IMG/VR virus record: IMGVR_UViG_3300005512_000282 | Coordinates: 1 to 26,660 of that record | Length of the DNA stretch: 26,660 nucleotides | Direction: 5' to 3' (one strand) | Source: a virus | Taxonomy: Duplodnaviria > Caudoviricetes | Part shown: positions 16,941 to 25,253 of the stretch, in pieces | Position numbering within the stretch: the stretch's first letter is position 1 | How the letters are laid out: each line of letters starts with the position of its first letter | Program-made: the position numbers and the translations under genes | Notes under the pieces: model-generated | The model's input: the letters and a program-made list of their open reading frames with translations, nothing else | Databases searched by the model: none | What the model was told of the DNA's origin: nothing

Positions 16941-17446
16941 ATGTACAAGATTGGTATAGGTTGTACCAAGTGAAGCGTTTTCATATGATTCGCACTGGTC
17001 ACAGTCAAAGTGTGGCCGAACATAGTTATTTGGTTACCATGATTGCAATGGAAATTGCAAGTAGAATGGAAATTAGCGACACTAATATCATTAAGTGTGC
17101 GATTTTGCACGATCGCCATGAAGTGATTACTGGTGACATTCCAACTCAAGTAAAGAATGATGATAACCGTCGTTTGGAACACGAGGTGGATCAAGAAGTG
17201 TTGGCGCTGTTTGAAAGAATGAATTCGACCGAGCGCGCAATCGTAAAGTTGGCTGACATTGTGGAGGGCATTGTTTTTCTGTCAAAAGAAATTACCGATG
17301 TACATGGGCGCAGAGTAATGGATTACCTGTATGAAGTGCTGAATCAGAAATTAGGTGAATACAACATGCCAAGTCTGACCCGCACGGTTAATGAAGTGTT
17401 AACGGATTTGGTCTCAGGAGAGACCAGAGTACGACCGGATGAATGA
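16937..17446 (+). CDS. datZ: DatZ, HD-domain dATP triphosphohydrolase (169 aa)
   Basis: R.H...QSVAEHS, HD..E..TGDIPT..K and VKLAD..E motifs; same operon region as purZ and mazZ. Confidence 0.82.
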   Translation: MNVQDWYRLYQVKRFHMIRTGHSQSVAEHSYLVTMIAMEIASRMEISDTNIIKCAILHDRHEVITGDIPTQVKNDDNRRLEHEVDQEVLALFERMNSTERAIVKLADIVEGIVFLSKEITDVHGRRVMDYLYEVLNQKLGEYNMPSLTRTVNEVLTDLVSGETRVRPDE

Positions 17447-17825
17447 ACGGAAGCTATGGGCCGCACTTAATAGACTGATAGCACATAGATGGCACGCACA
17501 AAGATTAGAAGACAAGTTAGCCCTTGGGGTACCGGATTTGATTTACGCAATCAATGGGGTGCAGGGGGCGATTGAATTGAAAGTAGTAAATAGAACCACC
17601 AACAAAATACGAATTTCGCCTTATCAAAGATCATGGTTAATGAAGCATGGGTCGAAGGGCGGGCGCAGTTTCTTGATGGTATGGGCACATGAGGATCAAA
17701 TCGTGTGTTTGTATGACCATGAATCCGCGTACAAGATGGAAACAATGGAAGACGCAGAACCGGTAATGGAATGGAAAGGTGCAATTAAGGACATGAGGGA
17801 CGAGTTTATAAAGGCCATATCATGA
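17439..17825 (+). CDS. PD-(D/E)XK nuclease (VRR-NUC/Holliday junction resolvase-like, 128 aa)
   Basis: E..LW, R.E, GVPD, IELK and Q..W motifs. Confidence 0.8.
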   Translation: MNERKLWAALNRLIAHRWHAQRLEDKLALGVPDLIYAINGVQGAIELKVVNRTTNKIRISPYQRSWLMKHGSKGGRSFLMVWAHEDQIVCLYDHESAYKMETMEDAEPVMEWKGAIKDMRDEFIKAIS

Positions 17826-19453
17826 AAGATGTGAACATCGATTACAGCAAGGGCAAATTCTTGGTACAAACACCGCCACAGTTGGCCAGTGTTGCCCGCA
17901 TGATCCCAAACCGTAGGTGGGACGGACGCAACCGTATTTGGAGAGCCAACAATATCCGTGGTAATCGCGAGTATTTAAAGCGTGTGTTCCAGCGCGACAA
18001 TTTTACGGATCTCGCGTGGGAAGAGGTCAATGCCATTATTGAACGCAAGCCTCTCAAAGATTTTCCGCACGATTACGAATTTAAGGGCACTCCATATGGT
18101 CACCAATTAGACGCCCTCAATAAGATTAATTCATTAGACGCTTATGCGCTATTTATGGAGCAGGGTCTTGGAAAAAGCTTTACTACTATCAACGATCTTT
18201 GTAACCGTTATAATAATAATCTTATTGATGCGGTCTTAGTCGTATGTCCGATGTCGATCCGAGGTAACTGGCAGCGCGAGGTAGAGAAGTTCGCCACCGT
18301 GCCGTCACTCGCCCTACCACTCGTCACGAAGAGCGCCAAGAAGGACTTAGACCAGCTATGGGACTTCGATGGCTTAAAGTGGTACATCGTGGCCGTAGAG
18401 TCGTTATCATCAGGAAAGGCGCCCGAGATCGCTGAGAAATTCTTGCTACACACGCGCCCAGCAATGGTGGTGGATGAATCTTCTACGATCAAGAATCACA
18501 AAGCCAACCGCACTAAGACTACGATTTCATTAGGTAAGATGTCCAAGGTGCGCGCCATTTTGACTGGTACGCCTGTTGCCAACGGCTTGCATGATTTATT
18601 CTCCCAGTTTGAATTTATTGATTCCGAGATTATTGGGCTTGGTGATTTTTACTCGTTTCGTAATCGTTATTGCATCATGGGCGGTTATGAGAATCGCCAA
18701 GTAATTGGGTACACCAACACCGAAGAGCTGATGGAGCTGATTGCAGAAAACACGTTCCAAGCAACTAAAGCCGAAGCATTGGATTTGCCAGACAAGATTT
18801 ATCAACGACGCGAGATTGAGCCATCGCCGGATCAAAAAGACCTGTTTAGAGCAATTAAACAGCAGCTGATAGCGGAAGTTGATGGTGATCGTGTTAAGAT
18901 CGATAATATCCTTGAAAAGCTGCTTCGTTTGCAGCAGATTACGGCTGGCTTCTTTACTGACGAAGAAGGCGAAATGAAGATGTTATCTTCCGCGCCTAAG
19001 ATCAAGGAATTGATGCAAGTTATTGATGAAACCGGGGGCCAAGTTATTATATGGTGTGTCTTCCGTAAAGAGATCGAGATGGTGGCCGAAGCGTTATCAA
19101 AAGTCGGTACGGTAGTCGAGTTCCATGGTGGCGTGAGCGAAGAGCAACGCAACGAGAATATCAAGCTGTTTCAAGAAGGAAAGGCCAGGTTCTTTATTGC
19201 CAACCCGGCGGCTGGTGGTATGGGTATCACTTTGACTGCGGCTAACACAGTGATTTATATGAGCAACAGCTTCAGCTACACAGATCGCGCACAATCAGAA
19301 GACCGGGCACACCGTATCGGTCAAGAAAAACACGTAACTTACATTGACATTGTTATGAAAGGGTCGGTGGACGAATTGGTGCAGAAAGCACTACATTCTA
19401 AACAGGATGTTGCGGGTTACGTTAGAGATAACATTTCTACACTTACCGCTTGA
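17822..19453 (+). CDS. SNF2-family helicase (543 aa)
   Basis: MEQGLGKS, VVDESS, LTGTP and QSEDRAHRIGQ. Confidence 0.92.
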   Translation: MKDVNIDYSKGKFLVQTPPQLASVARMIPNRRWDGRNRIWRANNIRGNREYLKRVFQRDNFTDLAWEEVNAIIERKPLKDFPHDYEFKGTPYGHQLDALNKINSLDAYALFMEQGLGKSFTTINDLCNRYNNNLIDAVLVVCPMSIRGNWQREVEKFATVPSLALPLVTKSAKKDLDQLWDFDGLKWYIVAVESLSSGKAPEIAEKFLLHTRPAMVVDESSTIKNHKANRTKTTISLGKMSKVRAILTGTPVANGLHDLFSQFEFIDSEIIGLGDFYSFRNRYCIMGGYENRQVIGYTNTEELMELIAENTFQATKAEALDLPDKIYQRREIEPSPDQKDLFRAIKQQLIAEVDGDRVKIDNILEKLLRLQQITAGFFTDEEGEMKMLSSAPKIKELMQVIDETGGQVIIWCVFRKEIEMVAEALSKVGTVVEFHGGVSEEQRNENIKLFQEGKARFFIANPAAGGMGITLTAANTVIYMSNSFSYTDRAQSEDRAHRIGQEKHVTYIDIVMKGSVDELVQKALHSKQDVAGYVRDNISTLTA

Positions 19454-19478
19454 CTCCCAGTAGCGGTGGTGGTATACT
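19450..19478 (+). promoter_or_regulatory. Sigma70-type promoter P4 (extended -10)
   Basis: TTGACT-17 bp-TATACT with TGn. Confidence 0.8.
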
Positions 19479-19500
19479 AATTACATAGCGGAGATAGAGA

Positions 19501-19818
19501 ATGGAACCTAGAGTTTTTATTATTCAAGAACAAGACCGATTTGATTATTCACCAGCAGAGAAATTTGGTGAGTTACATTTCTTGACGATTCACGAGTATT
19601 CATCGAATAAGAATAGCCCAAAGAACGACATGATCAAAGAAGACATGATTCGTGGTCTTAGGGGTTACAGGCCGGGGGTCGATTATCTGGTGTTAACTGG
19701 TAGTCCGATTTTGATGTGCCTCGGTTTTTATTATGCAAATTTACATGGGCCTTTGCATAAGATTTTAAAATGGGATAATCAGGCCTATGAGTATAAGATT
19801 GTTCATATAGGAGTATAG
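19501..19818 (+). CDS. Conserved hypothetical protein (105 aa)
   Basis: GGAG RBS after P4. A..FGE...L, DYL...G.P and L.WD....Y motifs. Confidence 0.75.
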   Translation: MEPRVFIIQEQDRFDYSPAEKFGELHFLTIHEYSSNKNSPKNDMIKEDMIRGLRGYRPGVDYLVLTGSPILMCLGFYYANLHGPLHKILKWDNQAYEYKIVHIGV

Positions 19819-19820
19819 CT

Positions 19821-20210
19821 ATGTTGATGGATGCAATTAAGAAAATGTCCGAACTCAAGAGTCAAATTGATTCTATGAAGGAGGAAATGAAGGAACTCAA
19901 TAAAGAGTATGATCGGCTGCGTCTCGAAGAGATCCCAAGCCTCATGGAGGACCAAGGCATCGAACGCCTTTCCGTGGACACCGTTGGCACGATTTACTTG
20001 ACCAGCGACTTGTATGCCTCGATCCCCTCTGCGGGCCGGGAAGGCGCCTACGAGTGGCTCGGAGACCATGGTTATGGTGATCTGGTGACCCAGACCGTTA
20101 ACGCATCGACTCTCAAAGCATTTGTAAAGGGCGCAATCGAGCGCGGAGAAGAGCTTCCCGATGAGCTGTTTAAGGTATCGCCGTTCACTCGCGCAGCGAT
20201 TCGCAAATGA
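19821..20210 (+). CDS. Conserved replication-module protein with N-terminal coiled coil (129 aa)
   Basis: AGGAG RBS. IP..M...G, WL...G.GDLV and VN..TLKAFVK, a pattern typical of genes before phage SSBs. Confidence 0.75.
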   Translation: MLMDAIKKMSELKSQIDSMKEEMKELNKEYDRLRLEEIPSLMEDQGIERLSVDTVGTIYLTSDLYASIPSAGREGAYEWLGDHGYGDLVTQTVNASTLKAFVKGAIERGEELPDELFKVSPFTRAAIRK

Positions 20211-20356
20211 GAATTCCAGAAGAAGACATTCTGGCTTTAATTCGATTGACTGGTAAAGCCTACGAAAACAAGGTTAACCAAGTCAAGAAGAAGTACAATG
20301 TGGATGATAGTTACATCCGTGGTCTTGTAATGAGACCGATGAATAGTCGGAGCTAA
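20207..20356 (+). CDS. Small protein (49 aa), absent from the ORF track
   Basis: MRIPEEDILALIRLTGKAYENKVNQVKKKYNVDDSYIRGLVMRPMNSRS; ATGA coupled. Confidence 0.5.
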   Translation: MRIPEEDILALIRLTGKAYENKVNQVKKKYNVDDSYIRGLVMRPMNSRS

Positions 20357-20383
20357 GTGGGGCAAGCTCCTAAATCACCCCAC
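20349..20383 (+). promoter_or_regulatory. Predicted H-type RNA pseudoknot in the SSB gene leader
   Basis: S1 is GGAGCT (20349-54) with AGCTCC (20365-70). S2 is GTGGGG (20357-62) with CCCCAC (20378-83). Confidence 0.55.
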
Positions 20384-20405
20384 ACAATGTAATGGAGTAT
20401 ATAAA

Positions 20406-21128
20406 ATGACAGCTAAGCAACTAGCAGTAAGTGAGAAGATGCCAGAATATTTGATGGCAGCAGTCAATCAATCCAACGCAGGTAATGAAGAGATCGGTTC
20501 TGATGATCTCGTAATTCCACGAGTTGGTATTATTCAGGCACTGAGTCCTCAGCGTAAGAAGAACGACCCTGCGTATATTGCCGGGGCCGAAGAAGGTATG
20601 ATTTTCAATAATGTAACCGGCGAATTGTACGGTGAAGTTGTGAACGTTGTGCCGGTCTACTTTAAGAAGGACTACCTGTTGTGGAAGGACCGCAAAGCGG
20701 GTGGTGGATTCCGTGGCGCATACCCAACTATCGAAGACGCCAATGCAGCGCGTTCTACGATGGATGATGCTGACGCCATTGAGATTTCAGACACTGCACA
20801 ACACTTCGTGATCATTGTCCGTGGGGATGGATCAATGGACGAAGCTGTGATTTCCATGAGCCGCTCTCAGATGAAAGTGAGCCGCAAGTGGAATACCGTC
20901 ATCCGTATGGCAGGCGGCCCACGCTTTAGCCGCGTGTATGCCTTGTCTTCCGTAGAAGAGACCAATGCTAATGGTGACTCCTATTTGAATTGGGGTATCA
21001 AGCAAGTTGGTTATCCGTCACAGGAAGTCTTTGATCGTGCAAAGCATCTTTATGAAGTAGTTTCTTCTGGAGCTGCCACCGCACAACACGACCGTGTTGA
21101 AGAAGATGCTGATAGTGAGGATTACTAA
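20406..21128 (+). CDS. Putative single-stranded DNA-binding protein (240 aa)
   Basis: DL.IPR...IQALSPQ motif, beta-rich core and acidic tail EEDADSEDY; located in the helicase-polymerase module. Confidence 0.65.
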   Translation: MTAKQLAVSEKMPEYLMAAVNQSNAGNEEIGSDDLVIPRVGIIQALSPQRKKNDPAYIAGAEEGMIFNNVTGELYGEVVNVVPVYFKKDYLLWKDRKAGGGFRGAYPTIEDANAARSTMDDADAIEISDTAQHFVIIVRGDGSMDEAVISMSRSQMKVSRKWNTVIRMAGGPRFSRVYALSSVEETNANGDSYLNWGIKQVGYPSQEVFDRAKHLYEVVSSGAATAQHDRVEEDADSEDY

Positions 21129-21391
21129 TGGCTGAATTTGACAACACCAATCGCGGGGTTCTATTCAAGAATCAATACCGCAAGACGGACAAGCATCCCG
21201 ATTACACCGGCAGTGTTAATGTCGAGGGTAAGGAGCTTGATTTGGCCGCTTGGGTTCGTAAATCCAAGAAAGGCGTTGTTTACATCAGTCTTAGTGTGTC
21301 TGAGCCGAAAGTCGAAGATTTAACAGGCGAAATTGAAGAAAGTGCTTCAAGCGTGTATAATCAAGACACGGACGAAGACATTCCTTACTGA
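21128..21391 (+). CDS. Small DUF736/SSB-like protein (87 aa)
   Basis: G.LFKN, PDY.G, AAW and Y.SL motifs; tail DEDIPY resembles the SSB tail DDDIPF. Confidence 0.7.
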   Translation: MAEFDNTNRGVLFKNQYRKTDKHPDYTGSVNVEGKELDLAAWVRKSKKGVVYISLSVSEPKVEDLTGEIEESASSVYNQDTDEDIPY

Positions 21392-21408
21392 ACTCCTCCA
21401 AGGTGGTT

Positions 21409-21434
21409 GCCCCCGGGAAACCGGGGGCCTTTTT
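21409..21434 (+). terminator. Rho-independent terminator (probably leaky)
   Basis: GCCCCCGG-GAAA-CCGGGGGC followed by CTTTTT. Confidence 0.8.
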
Positions 21435-21445
21435 AAAGGGATGTT

Positions 21446-22099
21446 ATGTATAGAGTGATTGATATCGAGACTACGGGTCTTGATCCTGAGAAAGATAAAA
21501 TAGTTGAAATAGCTTATACCGATGTTATAGATGGCGTGGTCCACGGCACCTATAGTCAAATGATTAACCCGGGCATACCAATCCCACACTCCGCGTCTGC
21601 CATCAATCATATTACGGATCCTGATGTGACTGGCGCCCTTATGGTTGATGAAGTTGATTGGGACAAATACAAGTCCCACTTATTCGTTGCGCATAATGCA
21701 CCGTTTGACAGTGGTTTTATCAAAAAATACGTTGGTGGCGACTGGATTTGTACCAAGCGCTGCGCCCAGCATGTGTGGCCGGACCTTGAGAGTTATAGTA
21801 ATCAGGCCCTGCGGTACTTCCTGGGTATCCAAGTCAAGGGGGACCCACATCGTGCGGCCTTTGATACCTTAGTCACAGCCAATATTCTACTGCGTATTCT
21901 TGATGAATACGATGGTGATTTGGTCGAGTTATCCAATACACCAGTCAAGCAGAAGACCGTGCGGTTTGGTCAGTATCGTGGCCAAGCCTGGGTTGATGTT
22001 CCTACTGATTATCTACGTTGGATGAAGTCAAAAGGCCCAGATGGTTGGGACGAGGACACTTGGTTTACAGTTGAAGAGGAATTAAAGGCACGTAAATGA
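21446..22099 (+). CDS. DEDDh 3'-5' exonuclease, ExoX-like (217 aa)
   Basis: DIETTG, HNAPFD and HRAAFD motifs; C-terminal FG.YRG....DVP.DYLRW. Confidence 0.9.
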   Translation: MYRVIDIETTGLDPEKDKIVEIAYTDVIDGVVHGTYSQMINPGIPIPHSASAINHITDPDVTGALMVDEVDWDKYKSHLFVAHNAPFDSGFIKKYVGGDWICTKRCAQHVWPDLESYSNQALRYFLGIQVKGDPHRAAFDTLVTANILLRILDEYDGDLVELSNTPVKQKTVRFGQYRGQAWVDVPTDYLRWMKSKGPDGWDEDTWFTVEEELKARK

Positions 22100-23904
22100 T
22101 CCCTGACATCCATAAATTCGATAGAATAGCCATCGATACGGAAACCACGGGCCTTCATTTTAAACGTGACCGCATATTTGGCATCAGTATGTCCACACCG
22201 GACGGCAAAGATTATTACTGGGACATTCGTCGTGATTCGAGCATTATTGATTACCTTAGCCGTGAGCTTCCTCAATACCGTGGGAAGATTATTTTCTTTA
22301 ATTGGAGCTTTGATGTTAAGTTCCTTCTTTCTCATGGTGTGGTTGTTCCTGTGGATTTTTGTGATTGTGCCATGGTCCGCGCTGCTCTTATTGATGAACA
22401 TTTACACGACTATTCGCTCGATGGTCTGGCGAAAAAGTACCTAGGACAGCGCAAGGCCAACGATGTATATGAAGAGTTGTCGCAGATTTTTGGTGGCAAA
22501 GCTACTCGTAGTCAACAGATGAAGAATATGCCGGATGCCCCGGTGGAGCTGGTGGCTCGGTATGCAAAAATCGATACACGCCTAACGTTAGAATTATGGG
22601 ATTGGCAGGAGCGCGAGATTGCCGATCAGGACCTTTATAAGGTATGTAAGCTAGAACGCGATTTGTTTCCTGTGTTGCTTGATATGGAATACAATGGTAT
22701 TCGTGTTGACACCTTTAAAGCCGAGCAGGCCCAGAGCCGCTTGACCAAGGAGATTGATAAGCAGCAGAAGGAACTGGACTCAATTGCAGGGTTTCACGTG
22801 AATCCCAACCCCAGCAAATCTATTTTTGACTTATTCAAGCCCAAGGAGGACAACGGCAAGTGGTACGCTACTGATGGTACTGAATTGAGCACCACACCGG
22901 CTGGCAAGCCTTCCATTGACGCCAACGCGTTGCGCAGCATGCAACACCCGGCCGCTGCAATCATCCTCAATATACGCAAGATGACCAAGGCCCGTGATAC
23001 TTTTATCGGCGGCCACATTTTAAGTAATTCTATTGAAGGCGTGATTTACCCCAACATCAATCAGACCAAGGGGGATGACGGCTTTGGTACCGGCACCGGC
23101 AGATTGTCGTATTCATCACCAGCACTACAACAGATCCCATCCCGTGATGTTCAAACTGCGCAAATCGTGCGTCCGATTTTCTTGCCTGATAAGGGTCAGG
23201 ATTGGGCTTATTACGATTTGGATCAGCACGAATTTCGCGTGATGGCACATTACGTCAATAATGAGCGAATTCTGAGGGCTTATTCAGACGATGCTAATAC
23301 CGACTTCCACCAGATTGTAGCAGATTTGACCGGGTTGCCGCGTTCGCCCCGTTACGCTGGGGACGCCAACGCTAAGCAGATTAATCTGGGGTTGTGTTTT
23401 GGTATGGGTCAGGGTAAGCTGGCTAAGGAGATGGGGCTGCCGTTTACTGTGGACCATTTTCCTGATGGCCGCGAATTCCTAAAACCGGGGTTAGATGCCA
23501 TGCGGGTTTTTGACACCTATCACAAGGCGATTCCCGGCGTCCGTGATATGCTTAAAAGGGCAAGCGATGTGGCTAAGAGTCGCGGTTTTGTTCGGACTTT
23601 GATGGGGCGTCACATTAGATTCCCCGGTGGTAATTATGTGCACAAAGCCGGGGGTCTTATATTTCAGGGCACATCCGCCGATCTCAATAAGCTCAATATG
23701 ATTAACATTCACAATGCTCTTAAGGGGACTGGTGCAAGGCTTCTCCTCAATGTGCACGATGAATATAATTTATCGACCCCCGATAGGGGTGTTCTTGATG
23801 AAGTGAAGCGGGTTATTCAGGACCATCCTGAGATCCGAGTACCCATTCGCACCGATTATGGTGTAGGAACCAACTGGTGGAGCGCAGCGCATGAAGACTC
23901 ATAG
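22096..23904 (+). CDS. dpoZ: Family A DNA polymerase, DpoZ-type (602 aa)
   Basis: Exonuclease motifs DTETTG, FD and YA..D; TGRLS; motif A DLDQHEFR; motif B KQINLGLCFGMG; GGLIFQGTSAD; motif C VHDE. No 5'-3' exonuclease domain. Linked to purZ. Confidence 0.85.
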   Translation: MIPDIHKFDRIAIDTETTGLHFKRDRIFGISMSTPDGKDYYWDIRRDSSIIDYLSRELPQYRGKIIFFNWSFDVKFLLSHGVVVPVDFCDCAMVRAALIDEHLHDYSLDGLAKKYLGQRKANDVYEELSQIFGGKATRSQQMKNMPDAPVELVARYAKIDTRLTLELWDWQEREIADQDLYKVCKLERDLFPVLLDMEYNGIRVDTFKAEQAQSRLTKEIDKQQKELDSIAGFHVNPNPSKSIFDLFKPKEDNGKWYATDGTELSTTPAGKPSIDANALRSMQHPAAAIILNIRKMTKARDTFIGGHILSNSIEGVIYPNINQTKGDDGFGTGTGRLSYSSPALQQIPSRDVQTAQIVRPIFLPDKGQDWAYYDLDQHEFRVMAHYVNNERILRAYSDDANTDFHQIVADLTGLPRSPRYAGDANAKQINLGLCFGMGQGKLAKEMGLPFTVDHFPDGREFLKPGLDAMRVFDTYHKAIPGVRDMLKRASDVAKSRGFVRTLMGRHIRFPGGNYVHKAGGLIFQGTSADLNKLNMINIHNALKGTGARLLLNVHDEYNLSTPDRGVLDEVKRVIQDHPEIRVPIRTDYGVGTNWWSAAHEDS

Positions 23905-24133
23905 TAATGATAACAGATGTTACGGTTTTATCTCATATTGTGATTACGTGTTTGATCCAATTAATCGCACGTATAAAGATGAACCAGATGAGGGGAGCGG
24001 TAAGGGCATTTATTTTATGCACAATGACGAAGGAAAGAACATAATGTTATTGTGGGATGGTAAAAAAACAATATCACGTATTGAACTAACAAAGGAGCAA
24101 TTGGATGTCATCAAGGGAAGTCATATACCATAA
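23891..24133 (+). CDS. Hypothetical protein (80 aa)
   Basis: Overlaps the polymerase stop; AT-rich. Confidence 0.5.
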   Translation: MKTHSNDNRCYGFISYCDYVFDPINRTYKDEPDEGSGKGIYFMHNDEGKNIMLLWDGKKTISRIELTKEQLDVIKGSHIP

Positions 24134-24284
24134 TAACGAACAAGTAGCTAAAAAGGCTACCTGTTTAATTAAGAGAGTGTTACAATACATGCGTGATCGA
24201 AAAGACCACGAAGCCGATTTAATCGTACAGGATTGCAAGTACCTTTTGAAGGAGTTTGAAGATGCCGATTGTAGAACCAGCTAA
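24105..24284 (+). CDS. Hypothetical protein (59 aa), absent from the ORF track
   Basis: MSSREVIYHNNEQVAKKATCLIKRVLQYMRDRKDHEADLIVQDCKYLLKEFEDADCRTS; AAGGAG RBS. Confidence 0.55.
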   Translation: MSSREVIYHNNEQVAKKATCLIKRVLQYMRDRKDHEADLIVQDCKYLLKEFEDADCRTS

Positions 24285-24498
24285 AGTCGGTGGGACACGA
24301 GATGACGGTAGCACTATTTTGCTGCCAGAAGTCGAGACAGTGATCAAAAACGCCCACACCGAAGCAGAATATGACGATGACGACGCTGCGCAAGCGGATG
24401 TAGACGACCCAAACACTGAAACTACAGCAAATGACATCGTTCGCTCGGTAACATTGCGTGTACTGAAAGGTGTTGGTGCCGAAGGCGGTGCGGGTTGA
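24262..24498 (+). CDS. Acidic protein (78 aa, MPIVEPAK...)
   Basis: AAGGAG RBS. EY.....A.ADVDDPNT.T...DI.R.V motif. Confidence 0.7.
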   Translation: MPIVEPAKVGGTRDDGSTILLPEVETVIKNAHTEAEYDDDDAAQADVDDPNTETTANDIVRSVTLRVLKGVGAEGGAG

Positions 24499-24552
24499 TA
24501 CCACAACCAGCAATTTCCCCCAAGCGGTTTGGGAGCTTATTTAATAAGCGGC

Positions 24553-24579
24553 AAAAAAGACGGTGCTGCTGACCACCGT
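24553..24579 (-). terminator. Rho-independent terminator ending the minus-strand operon
   Basis: ACGGTG...CACCGT hairpin with an A6 run on its left (U run on the minus strand), at the convergent junction. Confidence 0.65.
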
Positions 24580-24587
24580 AACCGTAG

Positions 24588-24761
24588 TCAGCGCTCTATT
24601 TCTACCGTAGTCTCTTGACCTAAATTCAAATTCGTGCCAGACCGTCTAATGTCCGCGCACTTTACCAGCTTTGCGCCGGTGTTTTCAAGAACCACATATT
24701 TAATACCGCCGAGCCAAAATTCTTCACCGTCATTGAGGCTACCAATATCGACTGGTATCAT
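24588..24761 (-). CDS. Small beta-rich hypothetical protein (57 aa)
   Basis: Start at MIPVDIG, 3 bp after the upstream stop. Confidence 0.55.
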   Translation of the reverse strand: MIPVDIGSLNDGEEFWLGGIKYVVLENTGAKLVKCADIRRSGTNLNLGQETTVEIER

Positions 24762-24763
24762 AG

Positions 24764-24994
24764 TTATGGATGAATACACACAACGGTCGGATCCAGGCAT
24801 TCATTGATCTCCAACTTGCCGTATAAGCGCAATTCATCTTTGGTCATAGTTAAAGTGCGCAATTCAGCACACCCCGTTAAAAAGCTGGCTGCGATCACCC
24901 CGGCCAGTGCGGGACGCAAGGATCGGATCGCTCGAATATGGTGGCCTACTCCCCCGTCCTGAGATGCACGGTGTGTGTTTAAGGTTTCGGCCAT
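24764..24994 (-). CDS. Putative lipoprotein (76 aa)
   Basis: Hydrophobic stretch ending in lipobox LTGC; start uncertain. Confidence 0.5.
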   Translation of the reverse strand: MAETLNTHRASQDGGVGHHIRAIRSLRPALAGVIAASFLTGCAELRTLTMTKDELRLYGKLEINECLDPTVVCIHP

Positions 24995-24997
24995 AGC

Positions 24998-25144
24998 TTA
25001 CTTTTTCTTACGTTTCTTCTTTCTAGACTTTCCCGCAGTAGACAGGGCAATAGCGATTGCTTGTTTTTGCGGTTTACCCGCTTTCATTTCTGTGCGGATG
25101 TTTTCAGAAATTGTCTTCTTAGAAGAACCTTTTTTCAAAGACAT
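24998..25144 (-). CDS. Lysine-rich small protein (48 aa, DUF6496-like), absent from the ORF track
   Basis: [48 protein letters not shown]. Confidence 0.75.
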   Translation of the reverse strand: MSLKKGSSKKTISENIRTEMKAGKPQKQAIAIALSTAGKSRKKKRKKK

Positions 25145-25145
25145 T

Positions 25146-25244
25146 TTACTTCGCCCCCTTCATCAAACACTTGCCCGCTGCTTTACATTTAGCGGGGGAC
25201 TTACAGTGCGCGCACGGTTTAAATGCAGCTTTTTTCTTACGCAT
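25146..25244 (-). CDS. Basic four-cysteine peptide (32 aa), absent from the ORF track
   Basis: [32 protein letters not shown]; AAGGA RBS. Confidence 0.65.
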   Translation of the reverse strand: MRKKKAAFKPCAHCKSPAKCKAAGKCLMKGAK

Positions 25245-25253
25245 GATGTTTCC

